The notes beneath the pieces were generated by a model that searched no databases, had not been told where the DNA came from, and was given only the letters and a program-made list of their open reading frames with translations. This document shows positions 35,007-43,336 of a DNA stretch of 64,000 nucleotides, in pieces. Position 1 is the first letter of the stretch, and each line of letters starts with the position of its first letter. The translations under genes and the position numbers were made by a program. The stretch lies in assembly GCA_944381145.1 (NCBI GenBank), contig CALWJZ010000001.1:65125-129124 (forward strand), given 5' to 3'. This stretch comes from an uncultured Clostridia bacterium. GTDB taxonomy: Bacteria > Bacillota > Clostridia > Christensenellales > UBA1242.

Positions 35007-35026
35007 TTTTATAAGATTTTAAATTC

Positions 35027-35058
35027 AAAAAAAAAATATCCCGAAAGGGATATTTTTT
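35027..35058 (+). terminator. Rho-independent terminator of the giant ORF
   Basis: ATATCCC-gaaa-GGGATAT (35036-35053), extended by A/T pairs and followed by T5. It begins about 20 nt after the TAA stop. Confidence 0.8.
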
Positions 35059-35084
35059 ATATTTTTATTGCCAACATTTATTTA

Positions 35085-35120
35085 GTAAAAAAACACTCAA
35101 AAATATTGAGTGTTTTTTTT
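35085..35120 (-). terminator. Terminator of the convergent ABC operon (bidirectional shape)
   Basis: ACACTCAA (35093-35100) / TTGAGTGT (35106-35113), flanked by an A-run upstream and a T-run downstream. It abuts the permease stop codon at 35119-35121. Confidence 0.7.
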
Positions 35121-37218
35121 AGAAATCTCTTTTATTAAAGACTGTATATGAAATAAATATAGAAATAGTGGAATAACAAATAGAAATAAGTATGCTATAT
35201 AAAAAATTCATTGAGCTTTGTATAGGTGTAATTAATATATTTTGTAATATGCTTTCGGAAGAAATTGCTGTAAATGCATTACCAAAATATTTAAATAAAT
35301 GTAAATTCATGCCTGGTAGCAGTGAATACCAAAAAGCATTTGCAAATAATATATTTAAAACATAATTTAAAATTAAAATGACTAAACATACTGTTACAGA
35401 ACCAGCATAATTTTTAAATAAAATAGATATCATTAGTGCAATGAGAACATAAAATATAATATCTAAAATCAATGATAAAATATTCAATAACATCAATGCA
35501 ATTGGTGACATGACAATAGGGTGTGATGAATTAAATATCGATAGTATTGGTGTATTATCAAGTCCAAACATAAAGTATCCACCAGCAAAAGAAATCAAAG
35601 CACTAAATATTACAAATATCACAACAAAAAATATTGTTGCAAGTAATTTAGCTGTGATTATTTTTGAACGCTTATAAGGACGTGCAAGAAGTAATTTTAT
35701 AGTCCCACTTTCAGTTTCACTAGTAATTAAATTGCAAATTAAAAGCATAGCAAATAGAATAATAATTATTGTACAAAATTCCATTGTAAAGTAAACAAAA
35801 TCATATACATTCGTTTTTTGACCAGAATTTTGATTAAAAGTAAAGTTTGTATTAAATGAGTTAGAGTAAATATTATTGTCTATATAAAAAGCGTTTTTTT
35901 CAATTCTTTCTTTATATTCATAATTATTATAATTATTAAGATTATAACCATATAAATTATTAAATTTATTACTAACATAATCATTACTTAAATTTTGTAT
36001 AACGTAATCGTTTATGTATTCATTATAACTTGAAGCAAGTAGGGAATATTCAGTTATTTTAAATTGAATATTTTTGATACTTTGATCTTGTCTATAACTA
36101 TTAATTTCATCTAATATTTGGGCTTTATTACTATCCACTTTATTTTTTAATTTAGTAAATAATTCCAAATCACTAGCAGACAATTTAATTTGATTAATCA
36201 CATTAGAATCAATACTAAAAATAGTAGTAAAGTAATTTGCTAAATTTATTGAATCTAAATTTGATTTTAAATTCGTATAATCTGACATATTTGCAGTTGT
36301 ACCAACAAAAGCTGAAGCTGTTAAATATACAATTGCGCTATCCAATGTAGATGAAATTTGTTGTTTAATGTTTTTATCTATTAGTATAATTGGAAATTTA
36401 TTGTCTACCAATAAATCAAAATATTTTTTCAAAGCTTCTGTATATTTCAAAATTGACTTTCGTGAAATCTCCATTGTTATCAATCCTGAAGTTCCACTTT
36501 GATAAGCTGTATTAAAATCATCATAATTATCTTTTATATCTTTTGACATTGAGTATAATGTAGGTAATACATAATATGTTCCATATGACAAATCTTTATT
36601 TAATTTTTCCTTATAATTATTTGTGTCATAAACTTCAATTATTTCAAAACTATCATACGAATTTGTATAATCCAAAAATGCTTGAATATTATGAGAAAAC
36701 TCAGTTAAGTAGTAATTCGTATTATCATTAATATTATTAATATATTCAGAAGAATAATATATGTGAGGATATATGCTAAGATCTGAAAAATCTCTGAAAG
36801 CATCTAAGAAATTTTGTAATTTGCTCTTCAAATTTTGATATTCTTTGTTTCTTAGTGAAATATCTGAAGTATTTCTAATTGTTTCAATATTTTGTACAAC
36901 ATCATTATAATAATCTTCTAGATTATTATCTCTTTGATTACTATATAAATAGTAATTATAAATACTATCTGTATCAGAAAAACTTTTATCTATTCCTATT
37001 TTACTATTTGTTAAATCCTCATTGTAAAATGTGTTATAGTATTCTGTAGAAGTGGTTTTATTATCATAAATTATAGTTAAGTCTAAACCACTACGGGGCT
37101 CAAAAATGTATAAAGACACAAAAATTGTTGCCACTAACATCAGTGCCATAATATACACAGCTGGTCTTTTAAATATTTTTTTAAATTCAGCTCTAGTTAA
37201 TCTAAATGTACTAGTCAT
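35119..37218 (-). CDS. ABC-2-type transporter permease with a ~450-aa extracytoplasmic domain between TM1 and the C-terminal TM bundle
   Basis: N-terminal TM 'AVYIMALMLVATIFVSLYIF', a long N/Y/D-rich soluble region, then about 5 hydrophobic helices in the last ~230 aa. AAGGAG RBS. Lies 11 nt downstream of the ATPase gene. Confidence 0.65.
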   Translation of the reverse strand: MTSTFRLTRAEFKKIFKRPAVYIMALMLVATIFVSLYIFEPRSGLDLTIIYDNKTTSTEYYNTFYNEDLTNSKIGIDKSFSDTDSIYNYYLYSNQRDNNLEDYYNDVVQNIETIRNTSDISLRNKEYQNLKSKLQNFLDAFRDFSDLSIYPHIYYSSEYINNINDNTNYYLTEFSHNIQAFLDYTNSYDSFEIIEVYDTNNYKEKLNKDLSYGTYYVLPTLYSMSKDIKDNYDDFNTAYQSGTSGLITMEISRKSILKYTEALKKYFDLLVDNKFPIILIDKNIKQQISSTLDSAIVYLTASAFVGTTANMSDYTNLKSNLDSINLANYFTTIFSIDSNVINQIKLSASDLELFTKLKNKVDSNKAQILDEINSYRQDQSIKNIQFKITEYSLLASSYNEYINDYVIQNLSNDYVSNKFNNLYGYNLNNYNNYEYKERIEKNAFYIDNNIYSNSFNTNFTFNQNSGQKTNVYDFVYFTMEFCTIIIILFAMLLICNLITSETESGTIKLLLARPYKRSKIITAKLLATIFFVVIFVIFSALISFAGGYFMFGLDNTPILSIFNSSHPIVMSPIALMLLNILSLILDIIFYVLIALMISILFKNYAGSVTVCLVILILNYVLNILFANAFWYSLLPGMNLHLFKYFGNAFTAISSESILQNILITPIQSSMNFLYSILISICYSTISIFISYTVFNKRDF

Positions 37219-37229
37219 TATTTTCTCCT

Positions 37230-38168
37230 TTATATAATACTAGTTTTTCCATTAGTTTTTCTATTTACAATTTCTAAGAATATTTCTTCAAGAGATTTTG
37301 ATACAACTTCGATACCAAAAATTGAAATATTATAACTCAGAAGTTTTTTGGTTATTTCAGTAATTTTGTCTTCACTTGTGTATACCAAAACTCTATTTCC
37401 AGCAATATCACATTTTAATTGAAGTTCATTAACAATAATTTTACCTGCAAAATTAGGATAATCAACTTTAATCTGAATTCTTTTTGCACCGTCAATACTA
37501 TCTCTAAGACTTGTAATAGATTTAATTTCAAGAAGTTGTCCATTATTGATAATTGCAATAGTATCACAAAGTTGCTCCATATCTGATAACATATGACTTG
37601 ATATTAGGATAGCTATATTATATTCTTTGGCTAATGTTTTCAAAAAATCACGCATCTCTTTGACTCCATTAGGATCAAGACCGCTAAGTGGTTCGTCTAA
37701 TACCAAAAGTTTAGGGGAGTGTAATAATGCTTGTGCAATTCCTAAACGTTGTTTCATACCCAACGAATATGTTTTTAATTTGTCTTTTAATCTATGCTCA
37801 AGTCCTACAATTCTCGAATATTTCAAAATATCGTCTTTAGATATATTTTTGTATAAACTCGCATAATACTTTAAATTATCATATCCAGACATATATGGAT
37901 ACATAAGTGGATTTTCAATTAATGCGCCAACATTTTGCAATGCTTTTTCTTTATCTTTTGGCATATCAAAATTACAAATTCTAATTTGTCCTTTAGTAAT
38001 ACTACAAAGGCCACAAATCATTTTCATTGTAGTTGTTTTACCAGCACCATTTGGTCCTAAAAATCCAAATATTTCACCTTCACGAATATGAAATGAAATA
38101 TTATTTACTGCTACTCTATTTCCAAATGTTTTTGTTAAATTAGAAACATCTAATATTACTTTACTCAA
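37230..38168 (-). CDS. ABC transporter ATP-binding protein
   Basis: Walker A 'GPNGAGKTTT', Q-loop, signature 'LSGLDP' preceded by 'YSLGMKQRL', Walker B 'LLVLDEP', H-loop 'SSHML'. TTG start at 38168 with AAAGGAG 7 nt upstream. Confidence 0.9.
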   Translation of the reverse strand: MSKVILDVSNLTKTFGNRVAVNNISFHIREGEIFGFLGPNGAGKTTTMKMICGLCSITKGQIRICNFDMPKDKEKALQNVGALIENPLMYPYMSGYDNLKYYASLYKNISKDDILKYSRIVGLEHRLKDKLKTYSLGMKQRLGIAQALLHSPKLLVLDEPLSGLDPNGVKEMRDFLKTLAKEYNIAILISSHMLSDMEQLCDTIAIINNGQLLEIKSITSLRDSIDGAKRIQIKVDYPNFAGKIIVNELQLKCDIAGNRVLVYTSEDKITEITKKLLSYNISIFGIEVVSKSLEEIFLEIVNRKTNGKTSII

Positions 38169-38260
38169 AATTTATCTCCTTTTTGATAAATAATAGTTAT
38201 AATTCATATACCAAAAAATATATAATTATATTAGAATATTTAAATAAGATAAGGGTGAAA

Positions 38261-39151
38261 ATGATTAAGAAAATTATTATTTTTATAGTTAATTCATTAA
38301 TTTTATGGGGTGCTTTTTTATGTTTAACATTTATTAAAATTGATTCAATGAATAATATTATAAAATTGCTTTTTTTAATAATTATAAATATTTTATATCT
38401 AACTACAATTATTTTTAAGTGGTTGAAATATTATAAAATCAGTCGATTTTTTTATGTTTTATTTATAACCATTTCCATTGGTTTGTTTGGATATATAATA
38501 TTGTATAAACTAGAAATTATTGATACTATATCTTCGATTACTAAACTAAAAAATTACATATTATCAACTAAAGAAAAAGGGGTATTTATTTACATCTTAT
38601 TGCAGATCGCTCAAGTAATTATATTACCTGTTCCAGCAGCAATAATTTGTATAGTAGGTAGTTTAATTTATGGTCCATTGTTAGGTTCAATTTATTGCTC
38701 TATAGGAATTTTATTAGGGTCATTTGTATCTTTTTGGATTGGTAAAACTTTTGGTAATAAAATTGTCACATGGATAGCTGGAGTTGAAAATACTGAAAAA
38801 TATTCGAAAATAATAAGAAAACGTGGTGCTTTTTTTCTAATAATAGCGTTTTTATTACCAATGTTTCCTGATGATATCTTATGTTTAATTTCAGGTATAA
38901 GCAATATGAAATTCAAAAATTTTGCATTAATTACTACAATAACTCGACCTATAGGAGTTATATGTATGTCATATTTCGGTGGAGGTCATATAATTCCATT
39001 TAATGGTTGGGGATTATATGTTTGGATTATTTTATTAATAGCATTTATTTTCTTAGTAATATTAATGTATAAGTATCAAGAACGTATGCAAAATTATATT
39101 TTAAATAAAATTACTAAAAACAAAAATAAAAGAAATAATACAGAAAGTTAG
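38261..39151 (+). CDS. TVP38/TMEM64 (DedA/SNARE-associated) family membrane protein
   Basis: 'QIAQVIILPVPAAIICIVGSLIYGP..GSFVSFWIGKTFG..LLPMFPDDILCLISGIS' matches the family pattern as I recall it. The ATG at 38261 with AAGGGTGA upstream is preferred over 38183. Confidence 0.7.
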   Translation: MIKKIIIFIVNSLILWGAFLCLTFIKIDSMNNIIKLLFLIIINILYLTTIIFKWLKYYKISRFFYVLFITISIGLFGYIILYKLEIIDTISSITKLKNYILSTKEKGVFIYILLQIAQVIILPVPAAIICIVGSLIYGPLLGSIYCSIGILLGSFVSFWIGKTFGNKIVTWIAGVENTEKYSKIIRKRGAFFLIIAFLLPMFPDDILCLISGISNMKFKNFALITTITRPIGVICMSYFGGGHIIPFNGWGLYVWIILLIAFIFLVILMYKYQERMQNYILNKITKNKNKRNNTES

Positions 39152-40890
39152 TCATAAAATTTTTTGATTTTCAACAAAAGTGAATAAATTGGAGGACCAA
39201 CTATGAAATTAAATGTTAATATAATTGGTAGAATTAATTTTATGGCGAAATAATTAAAGTTATCGATTTCGAATCCTAATAATGTATTTATACAATAGAT
39301 CAATATCAATGATACCAAAAATGTCAGTATTCCAAAAATTGATGCATATTTTAGTTTAAAATTATTAATTTTATGCTCATCTGGATTAAATATAATAGGT
39401 AATATAAAAATTAAAGATATAAACACAGCCAAAACATAGGCAACTATAAATAAATATTTATCATTATTTACAATTAAATTTAAATTTTTAAATATGAAAT
39501 ATGAAGCTGTTATTTCAACTATAAATAACATTAACAAAATAAAACCAAATAAACATTTAATTTTATTTATAAGTACATAAGATTTATCGCTAAGCACTGC
39601 ATTAGATCTATTTTCATATCTATTGATTTTAATATTTTGTTCATTATTAGAATAATTAGAAATCTCTTCTATATACTTAGAATTATCTGATTTTATACTA
39701 AATTCTTCTGGTTCTAAATTGATAAATTTATCATCATCTTCTTCTAAAATATCACTCTTTAAATCATGTTTATCATCTGTTTTATTTATTTCTTCCTCTT
39801 CGACATAATTAAATAAATTATTTTCATCATTACTCTGATTGTATTGTAATTGTGTATTTTCAAATATAGCATTATCTTGCGCATCAAATAATTTATTTAA
39901 TTTAGACCTATAATCTATTTCTTTTTCAGTAGGGTATTCAATAGATTTCGAAATATCGTTTTTAGTAGGTTTTAGTCTGGATTTTGTTAATGAATTAAAC
40001 TTGACTAAAAAATTTTCATTTCGTCTTTTTCTTTCTTCATCACTAATTTCGAAATTATTATTTGATATCTGATTATTATTTGTAGTAGATGAATATGAGT
40101 TATATCCAAAATTTTGATTTGTAATTCTTTTTCCAACATTATCAATAATTTTTGATTTGTTTGATTGATTATAATTAGGTACATAGTCAATATCTCTAAG
40201 TTTGTATATTCCATCAGAATCTAAAATAACTTTTTGCTGTTTTTTAGGTTTTATATAATGTAATTTTTTTAATGAAGTGGACATACATCTTTTATTATTA
40301 ATTTTAACTTGATTAGCAATTTCTTTCCAAATTATTTTTCTATCTATAAAATTATCATTATTAAGTATAATGCTATTATTATCTATTGATTTTTCGATTG
40401 GTGTAGTTAAGTGGAAATCATGATCAACGATTACTTCGTTATTTTCTTTTTTATCAAAACCAATAACTGCAGGAATATCAACAGTTTCTGTTATTTCAAC
40501 AATATTAGTATTATTTGTTTTTATAGAATTATCGCTACTATCTAAATTGTTTTGAATATTAGTTTCATATTGTTGATTTGAATTTCTTAATATTTTAGAT
40601 TTTAAAATTTCATTATTAAAGTAATTCAAACCTTTTTCAGTCAAATGATAATAATGTCTTCTGCCTCCAATATCACTATCACCCCAATATGAACTTACAT
40701 AACCTTTTTCTTCAAATCTAGATAAACTACTATATAGACTAGGTTGTTTTAGAACAAATTTTCCTTCAGAGAAATTTTCAACTTCTTTTATAATTTCATA
40801 ACCATATTTATCGCCATTTACAAGAGTTTTTAAAATTATGTTATTAACAGATCCACGAGAAGCAATTCTCTTTCTTTTTTTCTTTGCCAT
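39148..40890 (-). CDS. PadR-family winged-helix regulator fused to a long low-complexity linker and a C-terminal multi-TM domain
   Basis: The N-terminus 'ILKTLVNGDKYGYEIIKEVENFSEGKFVLKQPSLYSSLSRFEEKGYVSSYW..RRHYYHLTEKG' is PadR-like. The C-terminal ~140 aa contain about 4 hydrophobic helices. AGGAG RBS. The stop overlaps the convergent TVP38 gene stop by 4 nt. Confidence 0.75.
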   Translation of the reverse strand: MAKKKRKRIASRGSVNNIILKTLVNGDKYGYEIIKEVENFSEGKFVLKQPSLYSSLSRFEEKGYVSSYWGDSDIGGRRHYYHLTEKGLNYFNNEILKSKILRNSNQQYETNIQNNLDSSDNSIKTNNTNIVEITETVDIPAVIGFDKKENNEVIVDHDFHLTTPIEKSIDNNSIILNNDNFIDRKIIWKEIANQVKINNKRCMSTSLKKLHYIKPKKQQKVILDSDGIYKLRDIDYVPNYNQSNKSKIIDNVGKRITNQNFGYNSYSSTTNNNQISNNNFEISDEERKRRNENFLVKFNSLTKSRLKPTKNDISKSIEYPTEKEIDYRSKLNKLFDAQDNAIFENTQLQYNQSNDENNLFNYVEEEEINKTDDKHDLKSDILEEDDDKFINLEPEEFSIKSDNSKYIEEISNYSNNEQNIKINRYENRSNAVLSDKSYVLINKIKCLFGFILLMLFIVEITASYFIFKNLNLIVNNDKYLFIVAYVLAVFISLIFILPIIFNPDEHKINNFKLKYASIFGILTFLVSLILIYCINTLLGFEIDNFNYFAIKLILPIILTFNFIVGPPIYSLLLKIKKFYD

Positions 40891-41114
40891 AAACTCTCCT
40901 AAAACATATGTAAACTTAATTATAATATAATATACAATTATACAAAATTAGTCAAATAAAATACTATGCAATGTCGAATTTAATACATATTATAGGTAAA
41001 AATATTTGCTGTATTATTGTTGATTTTGTTATAATTAGAATAATTTAATAATAAGAAATTATGTTATTATTTTTATATTATTTGTTTTAAAAGATTTATA
41101 AAAAAAGGAATTTT

Positions 41115-41786
41115 ATGATTAAACCAGATTTAATTGTTAGAACATATAGAAGAAGTTTATGTTTAAAAATTTCAAAAGATGGAAGTTTAATTGTCCAAGC
41201 ACCAAAAAGACTAAATATGAATGACATACTTAAATATATTCAAGAAAAAGAAAAATGGATTAAATCTAAACAAACAGAAATACAAAATAGATTAAATATA
41301 AATAAAGATGTCATAAAGTATAATCAATTTTTATTTTTTGGGAAAAAATATTTATTACAAAAAATTCAAGGTATAAAAAAAATCGAATTAACTGAAAACA
41401 GTTTGTTAGTGCCTAATATTGATGATTTAGATTTGATTTTTATGAAAATAAAAAAATGGTATATATTGAATGCAAACAAAATACTAAAAGAAAGGGTAGA
41501 ATATTTTGCTGATATTATGCAAATAGATTATGCCAGTATAACAATTTCTAATAGCAAAACAAGATGGGGTAGTTGTGATAATTTTAGAAATATAAAATTA
41601 AATTTTAGATTAATAATGTTACCACATAAAATTATTGATTTTGTAATAATTCATGAATTGGCACATATAATTGAATTTAATCATTCTAAACAATTTTATA
41701 AAATTATATCAACAATTATGCCAAATTATAAATTACAGCAAAAAAATATAAAAGAATATGATTATTTGTTGTCACTATATAGATAG
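41115..41786 (+). CDS. YgjP-like (DUF45) / M48-family zinc metallopeptidase
   Basis: 'TRWGSC' followed by the HExxH motif 'IIHELAHIIEFNHSKQFY'. AAAGGA RBS. Confidence 0.85.
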   Translation: MIKPDLIVRTYRRSLCLKISKDGSLIVQAPKRLNMNDILKYIQEKEKWIKSKQTEIQNRLNINKDVIKYNQFLFFGKKYLLQKIQGIKKIELTENSLLVPNIDDLDLIFMKIKKWYILNANKILKERVEYFADIMQIDYASITISNSKTRWGSCDNFRNIKLNFRLIMLPHKIIDFVIIHELAHIIEFNHSKQFYKIISTIMPNYKLQQKNIKEYDYLLSLYR

Positions 41787-42181
41787 AAAATATTATTACT
41801 TTAATTTATTTAATAAGTTGATACAAAAAATCATTTAGATGATCTTAGTTAAAATATAGGGGTGGGGGTGAAAATTTCCACCTTTATTTTTTAACAAAAG
41901 CAATTTTACAAATAAAAAAATATACAAATTTTTTGGCTTTATTTCTAAATTTATATATAAAAACTATTCGCAAAAGACAACTTTTGCGAATAGTTGTGTG
42001 TATTTTAACAACTAAATATCATAAGTAAATTGATTGTGTTTCAAATGTGTAATAAGATTTTATGATAATAAAGTTTGACAATTTTCTTTTATTTAAACAT
42101 TTATGCAAATATTTAAAAAATATCGCATAGAACCGTTATTTTTAATATTTACATTTTTGCATAGTACTTATTGCGTAGTAT

Positions 42182-42222
42182 TAAAAAAATTAATATTAAG
42201 CTAATATTGACTTAATATTAAT
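42182..42222 (-). terminator. Rho-independent terminator of the 290-aa gene
   Basis: Perfect 12-bp inverted repeat ATTAATATTAAG (42189-42200) / CTTAATATTAAT (42211-42222), followed on the minus strand by T6. About 60 nt past the stop. Confidence 0.55.
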
Positions 42223-42284
42223 GTATATTTTTTAAAAATCATTTCTAATTATAATATTAATTAATTTATTTTAAATTAAGATTT

Positions 42285-43157
42285 TTAGACTTTTGTTAAA
42301 TATTTTTCTATAATTTTAATTATATGTTTTACATATAATAAAGACATTGATCTATAAATGCTTGTAAAAGCATTATCTTCTTCATCAATTGTTTTAAAAT
42401 TTTTTATGCTGTTATTTCTTAAAAAGTTAATAATATTTATAAGCGTTTTTTTACTATTATCTATAAATAAATTATTAGGTACATTATATAGCATTGTTTC
42501 AATAATTTCTTTTGGTAATGATTTTATATTATTATTTTTCAATAGAATATTTTTGAAGATTATAATTGTATCATTATATATATTATTAGTTAACTTATTT
42601 TTTTTATTATAATTCTCTATTGCTTTTGTTACATATTCAATTTCTATGCCATTATTTTTTTTATACATCAATCCTTTTATATTATTTGAATTATAATAAG
42701 CAATGCATGGTATTACTCTAAAATAATAATCAGTAATTACATTATTTTCTATTACTGTTGATTTTAAACAAACTGAATTTTCTTCTTTCCATATGATATT
42801 GTTGTTATCTAAAATGGAAATTAAATTTAAATATATTGAATCTATGAACTCATCTAAATTATAATACAAATTAGGAAAATATATATTGTTTTTAGATGAT
42901 GTTTTTATTTTTGTAGAAGTTTTGTAATTTAATGGTTGATTTATAACTAAATATAAAGTACTAAAAATATCTTTGTTACAATTAGTTCGTAATTCAAATT
43001 CGTCATAATAAATCAATTCAAAATTAGTTTTATCAAATAATGTTTTATCTAATATTATATTATCAATAATATGATCAATTACTAATTTAAAATTCTCCCT
43101 TATCTCTTTATTAAATTGTTCATTATAAATCACCTTAAACTCGTTGGATATAAACAT
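42285..43157 (-). CDS. Hypothetical protein; possible catalytically degenerate nucleotidyltransferase-fold (CD-NTase/MNT-like) protein
   Basis: Clean ORF with AGGAG RBS. 'YFRVIPCIAY', 'NNGIEIEY..AIENYNKKNKLTNNIYNDTIIIFKNILL' and 'LPKEIIETMLYNVPNNLF' recall the layout of the NTase core and C-terminal helices, but the expected GS...DxD and third Asp are not present. Function is not established. Confidence 0.35.
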   Translation of the reverse strand: MFISNEFKVIYNEQFNKEIRENFKLVIDHIIDNIILDKTLFDKTNFELIYYDEFELRTNCNKDIFSTLYLVINQPLNYKTSTKIKTSSKNNIYFPNLYYNLDEFIDSIYLNLISILDNNNIIWKEENSVCLKSTVIENNVITDYYFRVIPCIAYYNSNNIKGLMYKKNNGIEIEYVTKAIENYNKKNKLTNNIYNDTIIIFKNILLKNNNIKSLPKEIIETMLYNVPNNLFIDNSKKTLINIINFLRNNSIKNFKTIDEEDNAFTSIYRSMSLLYVKHIIKIIEKYLTKV

Positions 43158-43336
43158 ATTTGCTCCTATTTATAATATATTATCATACTTGTTGATAAAA
43201 GTCATTCAAAATATTTATAGAAAATTTTTATATAATTTTTATTAAATTATGCTATTTTAATCAAATGCTTTACTATTTATGAAATTATTGATACAATACT
43301 TATAAGTATTCGCAAAATAATATAAAGGAAATTATT

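Noticed and set aside
5184-35006. The giant ORF as an expansion of near-identical tandem repeats, or as an assembly collapse or expansion artefact
   Set aside because: Reading through the translation, the cassettes and linkers are all different in sequence, and I saw no long repeated nucleotide strings. This was checked by eye only, so a dot-plot should confirm it.
3992-35120. The giant gene as a genomic island integrated at tRNA-Trp
   Set aside because: There is no integrase, transposase or phage gene between the tRNA and the ABC operon. I found no copy of the tRNA 3' end (GTTCGAGTCCTACCACCCCTGCCA) near 35 kb that would mark an att site.
35119-38168. The ABC transporter as a type I secretion exporter for the giant protein
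   Set aside because: The ATPase and permease are separate ABC-2-type proteins with no C39 peptidase domain, membrane-fusion protein or outer component. The giant protein has an N-terminal Sec-type signal-anchor rather than a C-terminal T1SS signal.
40904-40911. ACATATGT palindrome just upstream of the PadR-like gene RBS as a PadR operator
   Set aside because: An 8-bp AT-rich palindrome is expected by chance in this genome, and it does not fit the longer ATGT-N8-ACAT-type sites I recall for PadR proteins. It is mentioned only as a place to test.
41859-41892. G-rich patch AGGGGTGGGGGTGAAAATTTCCACCTTTATTTTTT downstream of the M48-like gene as a terminator or structured RNA
   Set aside because: Only a 4-5-bp GGTG(G)/(C)CACC stem can form, so it is a weak terminator at best. 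There was not enough to call a feature.
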